A stretch of DNA of 64,000 nt from Raillietiella orientalis (lineage: Eukaryota): the NCBI GenBank assembly GCA_036172245.1, contig JAYWIR010000043.1:682001-746000 (forward strand), in the 5' to 3' direction. The notes below the pieces were generated by a model. The model was not told the origin of the DNA. It made no database searches and saw only the letters and a list, made by a program, of their open reading frames with translations. Positions 26,900 through 40,949 of the stretch are shown here, piece after piece. The position numbers were made by a program, and so were the translations under genes. The stretch's first letter is position 1. Each line of letters opens with the position of its first letter.

Positions 26900-27808
26900 T
26901 CTTTAGCAGGCGTTGAGCCTGGAGCTTCGCCTTGTAGGGAAACAGACAAACAAAAAACAGGGGGCAGAGGAGGGGAACCTCGAAGGTGTTCCCAATTGCA
27001 GCGTGTTCCGACTAGTTGAACTGGAAATGAAGGAACGGGATGAGGGCCATCTCAGACTTCCGAGTAGCCCCCCTCCATTGGCAACACGACGTGATTCTGT
27101 TCTTGCATTGGGGTCTTCCCTGCAACAAATGCATGCACAACGTGACGAGTGGGTGTCATTCTGGAGAGTGCGCCAGGCACCCCTGTAGGGAGATCGCATC
27201 GCTCCCCCACTTGCTGATGAGCTGCCGCGTCATCAGTCCATCGTGGGAGAGGCCGGCTTCAGCAATCCTTCACCCGGAAGATACGCCGACTGAACTGCTG
27301 CGACGCTTCTTTACGCGAGAGGGGATCTCGTCTGCAGCCGTGATGGCGACTTCGTGTTGCATCCGCGGCCGCCCCACGGCCCGATACTCGCTGGAGCTGC
27401 GCCAGAGGCAGCGAGAGGCTGCTTGCATCGCTATGGTCGACCCAGAGAAGGCACGCAGGTGGCCTCATCTGAAACAGGGAGTCAGCAGGGAGATCAGCAA
27501 CATCGCAGGAAGAATTCAGAAGAGAAGCAGCTAACCCAGTGTCCCTATCCCCACCCACCCGTAATCTCATTTGTTTATGCTTCTACTCCTTCAATGCTGC
27601 ACACAATCTCTTCTTTGTCCTGCGAGTAGGCGAGTCCTCCCCTGATGAACTTCTCTCTGTTTCTTATTTCTTTTAATCCACAGGGGACTACAGCTGAACC
27701 TCTTTTTATGCTTTTTTTATTTATAAAACACAAGGACCTACATTCCCTCGTTTTGTGTGGTTCTATTTTTTTATCAAAATAAACGCCCCGGCGCAACCGG
27801 GTGAAAAG
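26900..27808 (+). mobile_element. L1/Tx1-like 3' end
   Basis: WQHDVILFLHWGLPCN..., near-identical to 8168-8604 in inverted orientation. AATAAA 27778 plus hairpin 27787-27801. Confidence 0.85.
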
Positions 27809-27911
27809 CCTTCAGACGTGTTTTTCGTCCGTCCCGCGAAAGGTAAGGGTTTTCGTTTTCGAGTCAGCAATCTGGACAAGCTGCGCTCCGAAGGATCGTT
27901 GACTCTCAAGT

Positions 27912-28900
27912 GTTTTCACCCGGGTAAGACGGGGCTCTTATCAATTTAAAAATACAATATTACAATTTTTAATTGCAGTCGATGTTTGAATTGTATTTGT
28001 GTTCCTCTCGGAACACTTTTCGTTTTGTTTTCACTTGTTTACCGACTTGAGTGCCGGTAAGGCCTACTCCACTCGCAAAGGGGACGGGAAAAAGGAAAAA
28101 AATGCAAAAAAAAAAACGAAAAAAACGTCTGGGGGACACTGTTTATGGGGAGGGGGAGGGAAGGGAAGGGATCACTGTTCGCTGAGTGAAGGCCTCTGCA
28201 TCTGGTTCCGGATGCTAACAAGTGCTGGCAGAATTTTTCTCAGCCGGCGCCAACGGGAAGCCTTCTCCATGGAGATGACCGCCCAGTGGATGGCATTCCG
28301 ACTACTGCGGCCTCATATCGACGCGTTCTGCTTGTCCAATATTCCTCGTATGCAGCAGAGAACTGCTACACACGCGGCACCTGGCAGGGAGTTCCGCATC
28401 AGGAGGAGACGAAAAATGCTTTTCCAGTCGTCCACCGGAACGTTTATGGCCGACGAGAGTCGATCCCACGTTCGGCGGAGGGCAACACATTCGATGAGTA
28501 AGTGGGGGAAGGTCTCCCTTTCCCCACACTCTGTACAATGGGCATCCAATTGCCCATTGTACAGAGTGTGGGCAATTGACTCTCAAGTGCATCGCACCAC
28601 TCAGGTGCACTTTTTCGAGTGCTTTTCTCTTCTGTGGTGTGGCTAATGTAGTTTGCCGACATTGGCAAGAAAGGGTATCCTGTCCGGTATTTCCACCCTG
28701 CGGCGTGCGTTTCCGCCGATAGGGTGGAAATTCCCCATGAAATGGAAATCGGCCCAAGAAACGTCGACCAATGGTTTGTGAGGAAACCCGAATTTTGCAG
28801 CGAATGAGGCGAAGGGAGACACCTCAAGAGGAGGTGCCCGGAGATCGAGTGCCGAGGCTGCAAGCAGCTCGGGCACATCGAGAGAGCAGATATGCCGTGT
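27912..28900 (-). mobile_element. L1/Tx1-like 3' end, tail-to-tail with the previous copy
   Basis: HCTECGERETFPHLLIECVALRRTW..AVLCCIRG. T-rich UTR and degenerate terminal hairpin at 27919-27933. Confidence 0.8.
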
Positions 28901-28929
28901 GCGTAGCGCGCGCTGACCTCTACTGATGT

Positions 28930-30560
28930 GCTACAGCCAGGTGAGCGTCGTGCGCCCGGAGTACGCGATAGCCGTGCGTGGGCAGCGAGACTGCCGAACA
29001 GCAGCCAAGCGAACGAGCGGCTGGGGGCGTGGGGTGTGCCGCCAGCCTGCCTGACTCTCCCGCGCGCACGTGCGAACGCTCGTTGGAAAGGGAAGGGGCG
29101 TTGGCGGGCAGTGGGCCGGCAAGGCAGCGCTACTCTCGCCGGCCATCGCGTCGTCGGACGCACGCAGAGCGCGGCGCTTGGGCGTAGGCCAGGCGTGCTT
29201 GCGAGACCAGAGTCGGCCGCTTGCCTTGCGGCCACGCTCCTCCGCCATACGCAGAGGCACCCTCTGGCCATCCCACCTGCCAGCTTTCGTCCTGTCGTTT
29301 CCAAGGCGACGGGCATCTCTGTTCCGTCGTGGAATAACGCTGCAGCAAACGATGAAATGTTTTTCCATTCCAGAGAAAGCTCCTGCCTAGATCAGGCATC
29401 CTCTCTTGCAACTGGACTGCGGCTTCCGGCGCGCTGTCCTTGTGGAAAGCAAGTTGTGCTTCCGTCGACGGTTGGCTGCTGCTGTCTGTGGAAAAATGAT
29501 CACCCCTTGGCGAGCGTGCGCTTGCGCGAGAGCGCCGAGGCGTGTCGGGGAGATGCAGGGCCAGCAACGAGACGGGAGGGCATCGCTGCTTCCACCTTCG
29601 GCGTCCCGACGACGTCACGCCGTCCGGCGTGCGCGCGCGTGCTCCAGCGAGCGCCCGCCTGGGGTCGGTCGTTGGCGCCACGCTTGCAGGCGAACACTGC
29701 CGTGGCGCTGCAGTCCAGCTGTTCTCTTCAAGCATGCGGACCAGCGTTGCCGGATGGACTGCGGAGAAGCAGGGAGCGCACCAGTATGGAGACGGTAAGT
29801 TCGAGGAAAAGGTTAGGCAGCTGCGGAACAAGCGGGCGTTCTTGCACGGAGACGGCGTTCTGGAGTGGAAAGCGGAAGGGAATCTGCTCGACCCGGGGCA
29901 GATGATGGAGTTTCAGGTGCGGGACGGGGGAGGACCGGAACTGGGAAGGAGAGCAGCAACGTAAGGCGACGCAGGTGCTGCAGGCGTCGCTCGCCTTGCC
30001 GAAGGAGGTGGGGGAGGGCGTTCGCGTCCGAGGAGGAGGGAAAGCAGGAATTAGTCCTGTACTCAGAAGAGGAGGAGGACCAGGAGCGACGGGATGCACA
30101 GCAGCCAGACGGTCGGGAGCACCGGGTGCGAGCGGTGGGCGCTCCTCCAGGCGACTGTTCGGAGCACCAGCACGGGAACCGGGATCACGTCGGCCGCACC
30201 ACAAGGGGAGGAAGGAGGAGAAAAAAAACGGTTCATTTGCAGGAGCGGTCGAAGCAGCTGCGGAGGCGCTCCTCGATCTGGGAGTCGGCGCCTGCAGCAG
30301 GGAACGGCGGAGAGCAGCGTGACGGGAACTGCGCCGCGCGGCAACCACGCGGAGAGGCGGCGATTGCTGTGCTCTCCGAGCGCATTTCGAGAGGCGTTTC
30401 CGGGTGCCTTGGCCGTCCTGGCTCCGGTGTCGTCACCGATGTGGCACGCGCCTCGTGCCATCAGGAAGATGGAGGCGCTTCTGCAGGAGAGCGCTCCGCG
30501 TTTTCCGCTGAGGCACCTAGCGCTCTGCGCACCGTGCATCCGCTTCTTCCGCTGTCTTCT
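28930..30560 (+). mobile_element. GC-rich probable LINE ORF1/EN-start remnant
   Basis: Very GC-rich broken frames with only weak EN-like motifs (HLALCAP resembles NIYAP). The long overlapping ORFs are explained by GC content. Confidence 0.3.
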
Positions 30561-33500
30561 TTTCTTTCTTGTTGTGGCGAATAAAGGCTCCACAGCAGGA
30601 GTAAACGTTTGTACCGATCTCCGGGATTGTTGGGAAAAAGCATTTCTGTGTACGGAAATGCATAATGCGACCTCTACCGTAACGAAGGGGATTGTATGAC
30701 AGGGTCCATCCATGCGGCCATTTCCATTGCCATTTCCACGTAGGGAAGACTTTGAAAACTCACGTGTATGCGGAACCACTTCGTGGTGACTTGTATTGTA
30801 ATGTATATATCGTGTACAATTGGAGAAAGTTCAATTTGGAATTTGCTTGCTCATCTTGGAATTTGTAACTCGTGTGAGCCTTTTCGAGCGACACTCACAA
30901 ATCATTTCGCATATTTATTTGTCCATATGGAAGTGAACGCATGCGGTGAGGAGCGTTCGGAATTCCTCCTCCTTCTCGGATGCAATTCTCGTCGTCATGG
31001 CATCGAGGAGCTCCTCTCATCTGCAGACGCGTTTCCGTGGATTGCTGTTTGGCGCAGAAATTCCGTTCCTGCTGAACCTCAGGGGAAATACGGATGGATC
31101 CATAAATTCAAAAGCTTTTCTCTTCTATTACCGTGCATGCTGACGTTTGTTAGCAAGTGTGGCTCACGACAAGAAGTGAGTGATCTTTCCACCGGAGCAG
31201 CCCCTGCCGCGCTCACGTTGCGCGTTCAGCATCCCTGCCGCTCGCCCGCCTCCGAAGAGATGCGCTGGACCTCTGTAGTTCCTCAGGGCACCTCACATCC
31301 GGCCGGTAGGCAACTGAGTGGCTTCTTGCACACGCAGACTCGTAGTCGCGTTGTTCCTGCAGCGTTGTTCTTGCAGGGAATCAGTTAGCCGGTCGCAGGG
31401 GAGCGGTCGCCAAAGTGCAAGTGTTTCCAGAGCACTTGCGCCTCCTGCAGGTGGCGCGGACCGCTTCCTGCAACCACGCATTCCAGATCGCTGGCCGACA
31501 GGCGGGCAGGTGGCGGTAGCCAGCAAAGAGTGGGATACCGAGTAGCGGGCGTCCAGAGTCCTCTCTGAATGGGGGGGCGGGCAAACGAGGAACGAGCGAC
31601 AGGAATGGCGTGCGAAGCCCCCATCGTCTGTTTGGGTGGGTACGAGGGAGCAGGAAAGCCAGTCCCCTGCCCATTCCGTCGACCTGGTCGCGCGCGCCTG
31701 CACTCTCCCGTGGATGCACAGGCAGGGCAAAGGAGTGCTTTTCCTTGTCAGGTGATTCTTTCCTTGCCCCCACACCAAGATTATATTCTCAGCGTACGGC
31801 GGTTAAAGCATCCATCCCGACGGAATCGTCCACGCCCCGAGAGGACTTGGAACAACGCGCCAGCAATTCCGTTACCTTTTGCCACTTTCCACATTTGGCA
31901 TCCCATCACATCACGCCTTCCTGAGACGCTCGGGATTGAGCAGGCACCAAATAAAGGCCTCAGGTTTTAAGAAGATCTGCTCAGTCGTCTGGGCATCGAG
32001 CAGTGTTTTCTTTGGCATGGCTCCCTTGGAGCCACGGCAAACAACGTGGACATCCATGCCTAGTGCAACCCTCCTTCTTGAACCAGAGGACCCTCTCATT
32101 CTTATCTGTTTGTCAGCCTCTACAGGGAAAGCATGTTGATCGAGTGCTAGGCAACAGAAATCCTAATTCTAGCCAGAATCAAACTATTTCTTTCTTTGAA
32201 AATACTTTGAAAAAAAAATCAAAATATACTTAACATCCATTTGCAGTAGCCGATCAATGCACATGCGTGCACCAAGATTATAGGCATGCATCCCTGGATT
32301 GGAAAGGATGATGTTTCGCTGTCGGTGTCATTTTATTTGAAATCTAGGAGTTTCCCGCTGTAATTGAATTTATTTTAATGACCAATTTTTGACGCTTTGG
32401 CAATCCATTTCTTGTCGCGTTTCTCAGCACCAAGGCGCCTTGGATCGAATCCTTCCGTTCCATCGCCTCACCAAGCCGGAAGAGCGGAGCACGTGAAGGA
32501 CACGGCTCTGCTGCCTTCCTCCCATCCTCCATAAAAGGACGCTCCCATCAGCTGATCGCAGAGTTCTCTGCCAGCAGCAGAAAGTGTGAAGTGCAATGGA
32601 AAAAGTGTTTTTTTCCCGATGCATTCACACGAGGAAAATCACGACACAGCATGGATGGACTGCTATAATTCATTTCTCTATTGACTGTAATGGCAATATG
32701 GGGGTTCATTGTATCCTCAAGGAACTGAGTAACAGCTTTAGGGAATAGTTATTACATTCGCAGTTCAGTCAGCCCATGAACTTCATGTGAATGTTTCGGA
32801 TGGAGTGTGGAAAATGAAATCCTTCAATAGAATGGAGCAGAACGAAAATATTGAAAGGCTGCCATAGCCAAAGCAGGAGAGACGCCCCTGTCGTCTCTTA
32901 AGCAGGTAAGTCCTCATGGATGAGGTTTCCATAGTTCTGCCTGCCAGCTGAGCCGGTGGTCAGCAGTTTCGCATCGCGTATTTACGGAAGATCCTTCGCC
33001 GTATCACACAAACTGAAGGCTTCTGTGCATTTTGTTAGTGAAGCGCATCTGCCATGCATTTTGTAAGAATTCGATGGTGTTCATAGGGCACCGTCGTCTC
33101 TGGTCACCACAAAATTCATTTGGCCGTTGCACCTTCGGTTGTAATGCTTAAATACGTTCGTTTGTCTCTAATTTTCGTTTCTTTCTTTATGATGAGCTCG
33201 AGACATCGTTGATTTCGAATTCATTGCCCGCGCTCGAAGATGGAGGACTTGACTCTAAAGATGAAAATTTTTGCATTCGTGTACCAAGGATATACACTGA
33301 AATGAAACACAGTGTACTCCCGACTGGTAATTCCCGTGAGCAAAAGTGAGGAACTAGCAGAACCTGCGAAAATGTTTTCTCTTTTCCTAGGACGACTGGG
33401 GGCCACCTGCGTGTTGTGAGCCGAAAGGCGCCGAGATCACATCTTTTCAAAGATCACTTCTTGGAATTCGAACCGACCTCAAGAAAGATCCAAAGGTTCA

Positions 33501-34199
33501 GGCAAAATGATTCTTTCGTCGATCAACACATTTGTTTTTCTTTCTTCATTTGGGGCCTGGTTTGAATCTTCCCACCGTGTAGGAGACTTTCCATTCCTTC
33601 TTCTTCGGTCAGGCATCCCCGAAGCCTCTTTTGCCAACATCCTGCAGATCATGTTGCAAATGTCGTAAGAATCCACCTGCACGGTTGCAGAGTGCACCGG
33701 GAAACGCTGGTGGCGAAACGGTTTCCACCTCATTTTGCCGGGGCATTTATTATCAAAGAAAAATGATAAGAAACGTCTACTCGAATGCTCGGGTGTGGCG
33801 AGACGCTTGATTGCACCACGCGCTCGGAACTTGCCACGACCGGTACGTGGACCGGCGAGGTCCGTTTCCACGGCGACGGGGAAGGGGAAACCGGGAAAGA
33901 AAAGCAACAAAAAGGGAAAAAAAAGCGGGACAAGAAGTTTCTCTGGGGAGGGGACGACCGGGGATGGCAACACACTTCGCTGGGAGACGGCCCTTGCTGG
34001 GAGATTTGAAGGCAAAAGTCTCATTCCAAAATATTTTTGCAATTTGTTCCCCTACTTGTGGATCTGGAGAGCTTCCAGCTTGAATCCCTTCTGCCAAGGT
34101 GGTAGGGAGAGTTGCGTTGCGTTAGATAACTGGTTTATGACGAGAACATGACATCACTGGTTGTTTGGAGCAGATGAAACAGGTGGGGTTACAATTGCG

Positions 34200-35400
34200 T
34201 CCGACCTCATGGAACTCTTAAGGCAGATAAATAAGTGAGATAAATTTAGGTGAGAGAGAAATAGGCGAGTGGTCCCCTCATTAAAAACAACGAAGTTCAC
34301 ATCATCACGAGCATCATCATCACCGCTCACGCTCTGACCAGAATGTTCTTCCTAGCAATACAAGCAGCATAGCTGGTTTCGGCACACACTCGCACGATTG
34401 CTAACTGGGACACCAGATACAGCCTGAGAATGCTGCCTACGCAACCCCAGATTACGACCTTGACCACCAGCGTTTCCTAGTGCACTCTTTAGGCGTGCAT
34501 ACTCGGAAAGACCAACTGCAGGACGGACGCTGCATTTCCGCGAGAAATGACATAGCAATTTCTTGAGTCCCTGCAGCTAAGGACAGGACTCCCAACCAGC
34601 CTAAGAACCATGCACTTTTCCGTCCTGTCATTCGCAAACACATCCTTGTTTCGAACATCCCTCTTCGACAGTGAATTCTTTAGCGTTGATCACCGGGATG
34701 ATCATCCCTGGTGATCATTGCTATTCTCCTGGAATAACCAACACCTATTCTGGTAATCCGAACGCCATTTGGATTCTTTCCGGCTTCGAAATTACGTCCA
34801 AGGTCATTCTTGGATAGAAGGAGCGAAGAAAACTTCGTCACACCGCGAAGAACTTCTACAAAGGCCTCCCAACATTCGGCTATCTAGGATTGCTACTTTG
34901 ATCCCCCCACGTAGGACTTAGAATTAGACATGCATTTGTGAGCCGATTCCACCTGAGCCTCCGTACTCGCCGCCATCCCATCAGACATCCGAATCTGCAG
35001 AAGACAAGATGGATACACGCCAGCAGTATCAGCAATTTCGCATGCTGCGTCACTACTCTGGACCACAGGATTCATGCTCCTCTTCGCTGTCGAAGGAGCA
35101 CGAATGCTGCTCGACTCATCCGTCGAAACTTGACCAACCACCGTCTGGAAGCCCTTTTTCCATTTCGTTCTATGCATGGATTCCGCATCCACAAACTCCG
35201 CCTGCTTCACGCGCTGCTGCCCTTTACTACTGCCTGCCCAGTACCCAATTGGATTCAACGCTTCTTGATGTGTGGGGAAACTATATGATTGTGTTTTACT
35301 GGAATGCGGTACACGCGAACGGATGGTGCGTATTTAAACGTGAAGAATGTTGGAAAGTTCATTCTGCATAATCGTGAGTGTAAGGAAGAGATGTGAGGAG
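34200..35400 (+). mobile_element. Old LINE RT C-terminal remnant
   Basis: LSGFEITSK (SGLxIN), TFGYLGLLL (KYLG) and LEALFPFRSMHGFRIHKLRLLHALL (P..GGLG..L motif). Confidence 0.5.
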
Positions 35401-36119
35401 GTGTATTGGGATTGGCGTTGCCTATATCAAGTTGATGGAATGGAGAGTAGTGTTTTGGAGTAGGTGCAATGGTTGACGAGAGAAGCTAGCATTCATTTTA
35501 GCGGTCTGCGTTGTTCTCTTCGGTGACTGCTTGCTTGCATCTTCTCTCGCATCCCGGAAGGGCATCACTGCCCGCGAAGGTCGTCAGCAACGGCCGGTCC
35601 AAGCCGACGTATGACGCGCATCAACGTCTTACCGCTACTTGTAAGCGGAGGCATTCTCTCCTGGCTGCGGCTGCAGGTGTAAGCTCTTGCAGTCGATGAG
35701 CAGAAACACGCGTGTCTCGGACAGCCCTTCGCCATGAAGCAAGCTCCATCTGCCATCCAGGGGCTCAATCGTTAAGGTCAGGTCAGCGCTGGGTACCCAC
35801 GTAAACGCCTTCACTCGGTATGTCGCCATGTTGGAAGTTTGCAATAAGCAACAGGAAGTCGTGCACATCTGTAAAGCGGCACAATAGTCGCACCTCTGGC
35901 CAGTGTGGAAGGCAGCACTTGCTCGACGTTCACTTGTAAAAGCATTTCTTGCATTCCAAGCTCCACGTTTGTTGTTCCAGCGTGCGTTCCTTGGTTCCAC
36001 TAGCACCACAGTGACAGTCCGCCTTGTGTTCCAGCAGCAACGCTCGTAGCCAAAGGAGATCACTAGCATGGCAACCAGTCTCATGAGGACAGCAGTCGGT
36101 GGGACATGATGTCCCACCG

Positions 36120-36535
36120 GGTCAGAATCAGAGAACCCAAAGGGGGCACCGACGAGGTCCTCAAGAGTCATGGAGAAGAACGAGAGAAAAAAATTCTGTT
36201 TTGAGTTTTAAAAAAAAATGGGGAAGGGAAAGATCGCAGCCCACAACGTTGGGTCCTCTGCATCCTTTGGAGGATGCCGGCGAGCCCGTCTCGATGGCTT
36301 CCGGGGTGGAACCACCTCCTGGAGACCATCCGCAGGAACTGATGGAGAAAGGGATGGCTCCCGTGTTGTTTTGGCCACTCTCGGCCTCGTATCTCTCTGC
36401 GATGACACCGCGCACGCGGCAGAGCTCCGCGATTGCGGCCGTGGGCGACATGGCATCCCGCACGAAGAGGGTCTTTAGAATGTTTCTGGAGTCGTCCACT
36501 GGGATGGCAAAGAACAGGGCAAACATTCCCACAAA
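36120..36535 (-). mobile_element. L1/Tx1-like C-terminal fragment
   Basis: AIPVDDSRNILKTLFVRDAMSPTAAIAELCRVRGVIA is homologous to 60386-60799. Confidence 0.75.
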
Positions 36536-38799
36536 CTTCTATGGCTGATCGACTGTAAGTCAACAAGATCAGTCCATGTCGGGTACAACACTGTTAGTGG
36601 CCAAGCCCTTCCCCAGTCCGACTCGCGGTGGGGTGTCAACCTTATGCTACATTGACTCACAGTGCTGTCACTCAGTTTGTCACTTCCGGAGTTTGACATC
36701 ATTGAGCGTCACTTGCTTTTGGGAGTAATGTTCTTCGGGAATGGAATCACTAGGTTCTTGAGGAGATTCCGCTCACTTGGCGACGTTCCTCAGTGCCTTG
36801 CAGGATGTAACCGCAAGCCCAAATGGGAATGCGTCCACAGCCCCTGATCCCAATTTCCTTTTTCGATTATCCTTTTAGAATGTCCACTGCCGGCGCATTG
36901 TTCAGGAAATACCCCATCGGGAAACCCCAAACCCATCCTCAAAAGCAAGTGCCTCAGCTATACTTAGTGTTGTAATGTCGGGCATTGTATCTGCAGATTT
37001 GCCTATACTTTGGTCTTTTCCCATGCAGGCTAATTCAATCATTCCTGGCACATAGGAGTCTGTCAGAGATCTGGTGAAGGGATGTTCATTCACTTTTCGA
37101 AACATTCAATTTCCAAAGTATTTGTTGATGTCGAGACAGAATTCGAAAAAGAGTTTATTGTCACAAGCTGCACAACGAACACTATCCCTGTTGGTGTTGT
37201 CATTGGTGAGCGTGCTTTCGACCTTTTCTATCATCATAAAAACTCAACCAAAAAGAACAGTTTTAAATTGATTGATTTAATTCTTATCTGATTAAATTGT
37301 CATTTCCTCGAGTGGGGTCTCTGTCAACAAGAGAGGGAATCCGTCGGCGTAGGGCAGTGCTGCAGCGTGCTGCTCTGGGGGCTGAGGAATGCGGACACGC
37401 ATCCAGCACCAGCTGGGAATAGGTGCCGAACCGCATCCGGCTCTCTCTCGCCGGACACGAAAGTCTCCGGGTGAGGTAAGGACAGCTGGACGACGCGTAT
37501 AGACCGCAGCGACCGCCAATGTTCCAGGGGCCGGCGAGGCAATCAGCTCCAGGAGGATGATCAACGCCGTCGAAAGTGCTTCGCAGGAGGAAGGTCTTTC
37601 GAAGGTCGACTGCGAGAGCCGGCGCCCCCTTATCGAGTGCAACGCTGCACGAGCCTCCCGTGCAGCACCTCCTGGAGGCGGCGGCAGCCTCGCAGTCTGA
37701 AGGGGGTGAGGGCGAGGAGGGTTGCTGGCTCCACCTGGGACTGCGAAGTCCTGCCACTGCAAACGCCGCCACTCGTTCCATTAGCACGCACCACGCCTTG
37801 GCGAGCAAATTGACGTCTGCCGCAGAAATCCGTAGGCAGCCCGCCACGCCTCCTTTTTCGGACCCTGCTGTGGTGGCGGCTACGGTTTCGCTGATCACGA
37901 CGGGCACATGGGGCCAGCCGGAGGCCTCCTTCGACAGCGTGCGCGCGTTGCCACCTCGAGGAGGATCCATGCGGAGCAGTGTTCGTCAAGAGACAGCATC
38001 GAGTGCAGGTGGCAGCCATGCTGGCTCGCAAAACGGCTCACGTGCTTCGGTCTGCCTGCCCCGCCTGGCTCAGCTGCACTGCCTCACTCCAGCGGAGCCA
38101 GGTTCGTCTTGCTGAGACATGGCACGCGGCTCCTGATCTCCAGCTGCCCATCCGAATCACCACTTGCTGAGAAACAAACGGAAGTGATCCGTGAAAGCTT
38201 CGTCGTTAGTCGGCTGCATCTCCCTCGCGACGCATGGACGGGGACCGAGCCCGCGTCGGAGGCTCGATAGGGCCCGAAAATACTCTGAAAGAATCGACGC
38301 AGTGCGTCGCGGGTTCGATCCCTCCTGCAAGACGACGCTGGCTGGCCTACATGCATTCGGGTACGAAGAGCGCTGTAGGTGCTGCTTGGAGTCTCAGGAG
38401 CAGCAAGCGCATCAAGGTGAGAATGACTCTGCCACGCATCTGGGTGAGGAGGACTCCTGATGTCGAGGACGGCATGTTATGAATGGAAGCAGCTGGCGTT
38501 CTGCCGACGACGGCGACTTGACGGAGGCTCGGCTCAAGCAGTCCGTGTGTCCGACGACGACGAATACATCTCGAGATGCTCTTGCGGGGAAATCGTTTGT
38601 CACTGAGGTTTGCCGTATCGACGGGCAACAGACCCACCCATCCTGGTGTTGCTGGAATGGGAGTACCGAAAACTGCAGGAGTGGGGGAAGCGACCTTGGA
38701 AGGGCAGCTGTGTCGACTCGAAAGGCGATCGGTGCCCAAAGACGATTCCAAAGTCGGAATCCGGATCGCTGGTCCAGGACAGTCGTCCATGGATGCATG

Positions 38800-40090
38800 G
38801 ATTTCCCGAATAATAAAAACAAAAATGAATTTCCATCTTTTGAAAAGCCTCAGGAGGCGGCAGAGAGGGAACCAGAGCAAGAACGCGCCTCACGCGTTCC
38901 AGAAAATGAATCATTATTTCAGTTACAATGCGCCTCTTCGAGCTCACTCTGCCTGGACAACATAGAAGAAGGCCGCATCCGTTCTGCAGATGGCGAACGG
39001 ATGAGGCTGGAATTCATCTGGACAGATGCTCAACCAGGATATGTGAGATGACCATCTGTTCAGATTACCTTTGGTTCGCCGTTGAGAACTTTGCAAGAAT
39101 TTGCAGCCTAAAGTGGGAAAGCTGCAAGCAGAAGCGAGAAGATTTGAACGGGAAATCGCCAACTCCCTGTCAATAATAAAGGGACACAACAAGCAGAAGA
39201 TTCGACCGCAGTTCGCGGGGAGATCACCCACGCGACTTCAGCGTATACATCTGCCCAAACCCTTGGTTCCAGTTCCCCCTTTCTCCTATTTTATTTGAAA
39301 CTTTGGGTCGCCCATGGTCCTAAGAATGGAGACTGCTCTTGTACCACCTTTCCAACTTCTTGCTTCTGCGAGAGCAGAGAAAGCGAGGATTGTTACTGTC
39401 CTCCCGGGTGGAACCTGCTGTCCACCTGAGGGGTCACCAGCAGCTCAGATGTAGACGCGGCCACTGGGGACTCATGCGCGAAGGGCATCATCACGACCGG
39501 ACAGGTGCAGGGGGTAGATAGAGTGCCCGGGCTGTGCGAGGGGAGATTTATAGTAATGTTCATCCCTTCCCTCCTCCATCCCAACCTTCTTTTGAAGTTC
39601 GGCACCCTTTCTCCTGGCTGATCCAAACTCGTCCTCACGGACGAGTGCAGGCAGCCCAGACGACGGCTGTGAACGATGATGGCGACTCGTCCCGCTAACG
39701 AGTTGCACCGACGGAAGACCTACGCCAACCTGCTGGCAGTTTCCTTGCTATGGGGGAACTGCGAGGTGTGTCCTCATCTGATTCAAAAAATGAAGCCGGC
39801 ACCGTCGTCTTGGCTCAAGGCCAAACGACTATAGGAATAATAGTCCGGTTCTTTCCCGTCGCCTTCCCCCTTCGGGCTGCAGGAATCCTTCCGCCGGACT
39901 CCCTACTTGAGAGACACCTTGCCTGAAAAGATGCCCATGGACTATGTTCATGTGGATGAGCTCTTCTGCTTGTCCCGGTGGAAGATGCCTCTTCGAGAAG
40001 CTCTCAGACTGCACCGTTTGAACAACGGTAGGCCGCGGTCATGGGCAGAGTACATTGGTTCTTGCAATACCGCCGACATCGAGTTTCCCT
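38800..40090 (+). mobile_element. Probable LINE ORF1/ORF2 remnants
   Basis: Broken frames (KVGKLQAEARRFEREIANSLSIIK; LSRWKMPLREALRL) weakly resemble Tx1-type ORF1 and ORF2 C-terminal segments. Confidence 0.3.
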
Positions 40091-40334
40091 GAGAGCCGAG
40101 CTCGATAAAGCCACCAAGCAATAATGACTCATCCCACCCGCCAGCATCATTACCAAGCGCCTCCCTTGACACCATCATCACCCTCATTAACATTCGTATC
40201 GCTACCTATGACGCGATAAGGCGCTCCGTTCGCAATTGGCCGCATGAACTGCGGAGCGGTGGAACCCATTTGCTTCAGGAAATGAAATGCGGAGCGTCTC
40301 ATCACCAGGAGTCCAGGAGGAGGAGCAGAAGGCA

Positions 40335-40830
40335 GAAGGTTACTTATGGATACGAAAAGGAACCTGCCGGGAACTCGCACGTAGGCCGGCGGGGTTCGCC
40401 TCGGCAGCACAGAGGAAGCGGAGACAAACAAAAAGAAAAAAATAAAGCAAAAAACTACAGTCAAAAATTAGGGAGGAAGTTCGGGAAGGGATCACTGTGT
40501 GCTGGAAGGTGTGTTCCTCTGAAGCCTTGTGAGGAGCCGGCAAGTTCCTGTTTCAAGACTCCCAGATGGGGCCATATGGACGCCATCGTCATGAAGAGGA
40601 CAGCAAAATAGATGACGTCCCTGTCGTCCTGGTCTCCTCTGGAGTTGCTGCTCCATGCAGCCACGGTCCTATCGCGTGAGCAGCAAAGTGCTGCTGGGGA
40701 TGCGGCCATCATGAGGGCGCCGCGCAGGAAGAGGCGCTTTACAACGTCTCTGGCTTTGCCAAAGACGTCCAAGTGTCGTGGCCAAGCGTCCCTCAAGGGG
40801 CCGGAGGGCAACACAGTCCACTAGGAGGTG
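40335..40830 (-). mobile_element. L1/Tx1-like C-terminal fragment with structured 3' UTR
   Basis: RDVVKRLFLRGAL..AALCC..VAAWS..DRDVIYFA is homologous to 25490-25764. UTR stem-loop at 40364-40407. Confidence 0.75.
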
Positions 40831-40949
40831 CGAGGACGATTCCCTCTCCTCTCACCTGACACTGTTAGGGTCTACACCCCCCATTTCTAATGATGCCGGC
40901 GGGCGTTGCATGGGAGGCCCCAGTGAAGCAGCATCAACGCCGACTACTA

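Noticed and set aside
28444..30779. Many long overlapping ORFs (200-325 aa)
   Set aside because: Low-complexity Arg/Ala/Gly/Pro translations expected from very GC-rich decayed TE sequence, with no coherent domain.
35160..35210. HGFRI as a tyrosine-recombinase (DIRS) HSFRIG motif
   Set aside because: Its context follows SG.I and YLG motifs and fits the LINE post-RT P..GGLG motif instead.
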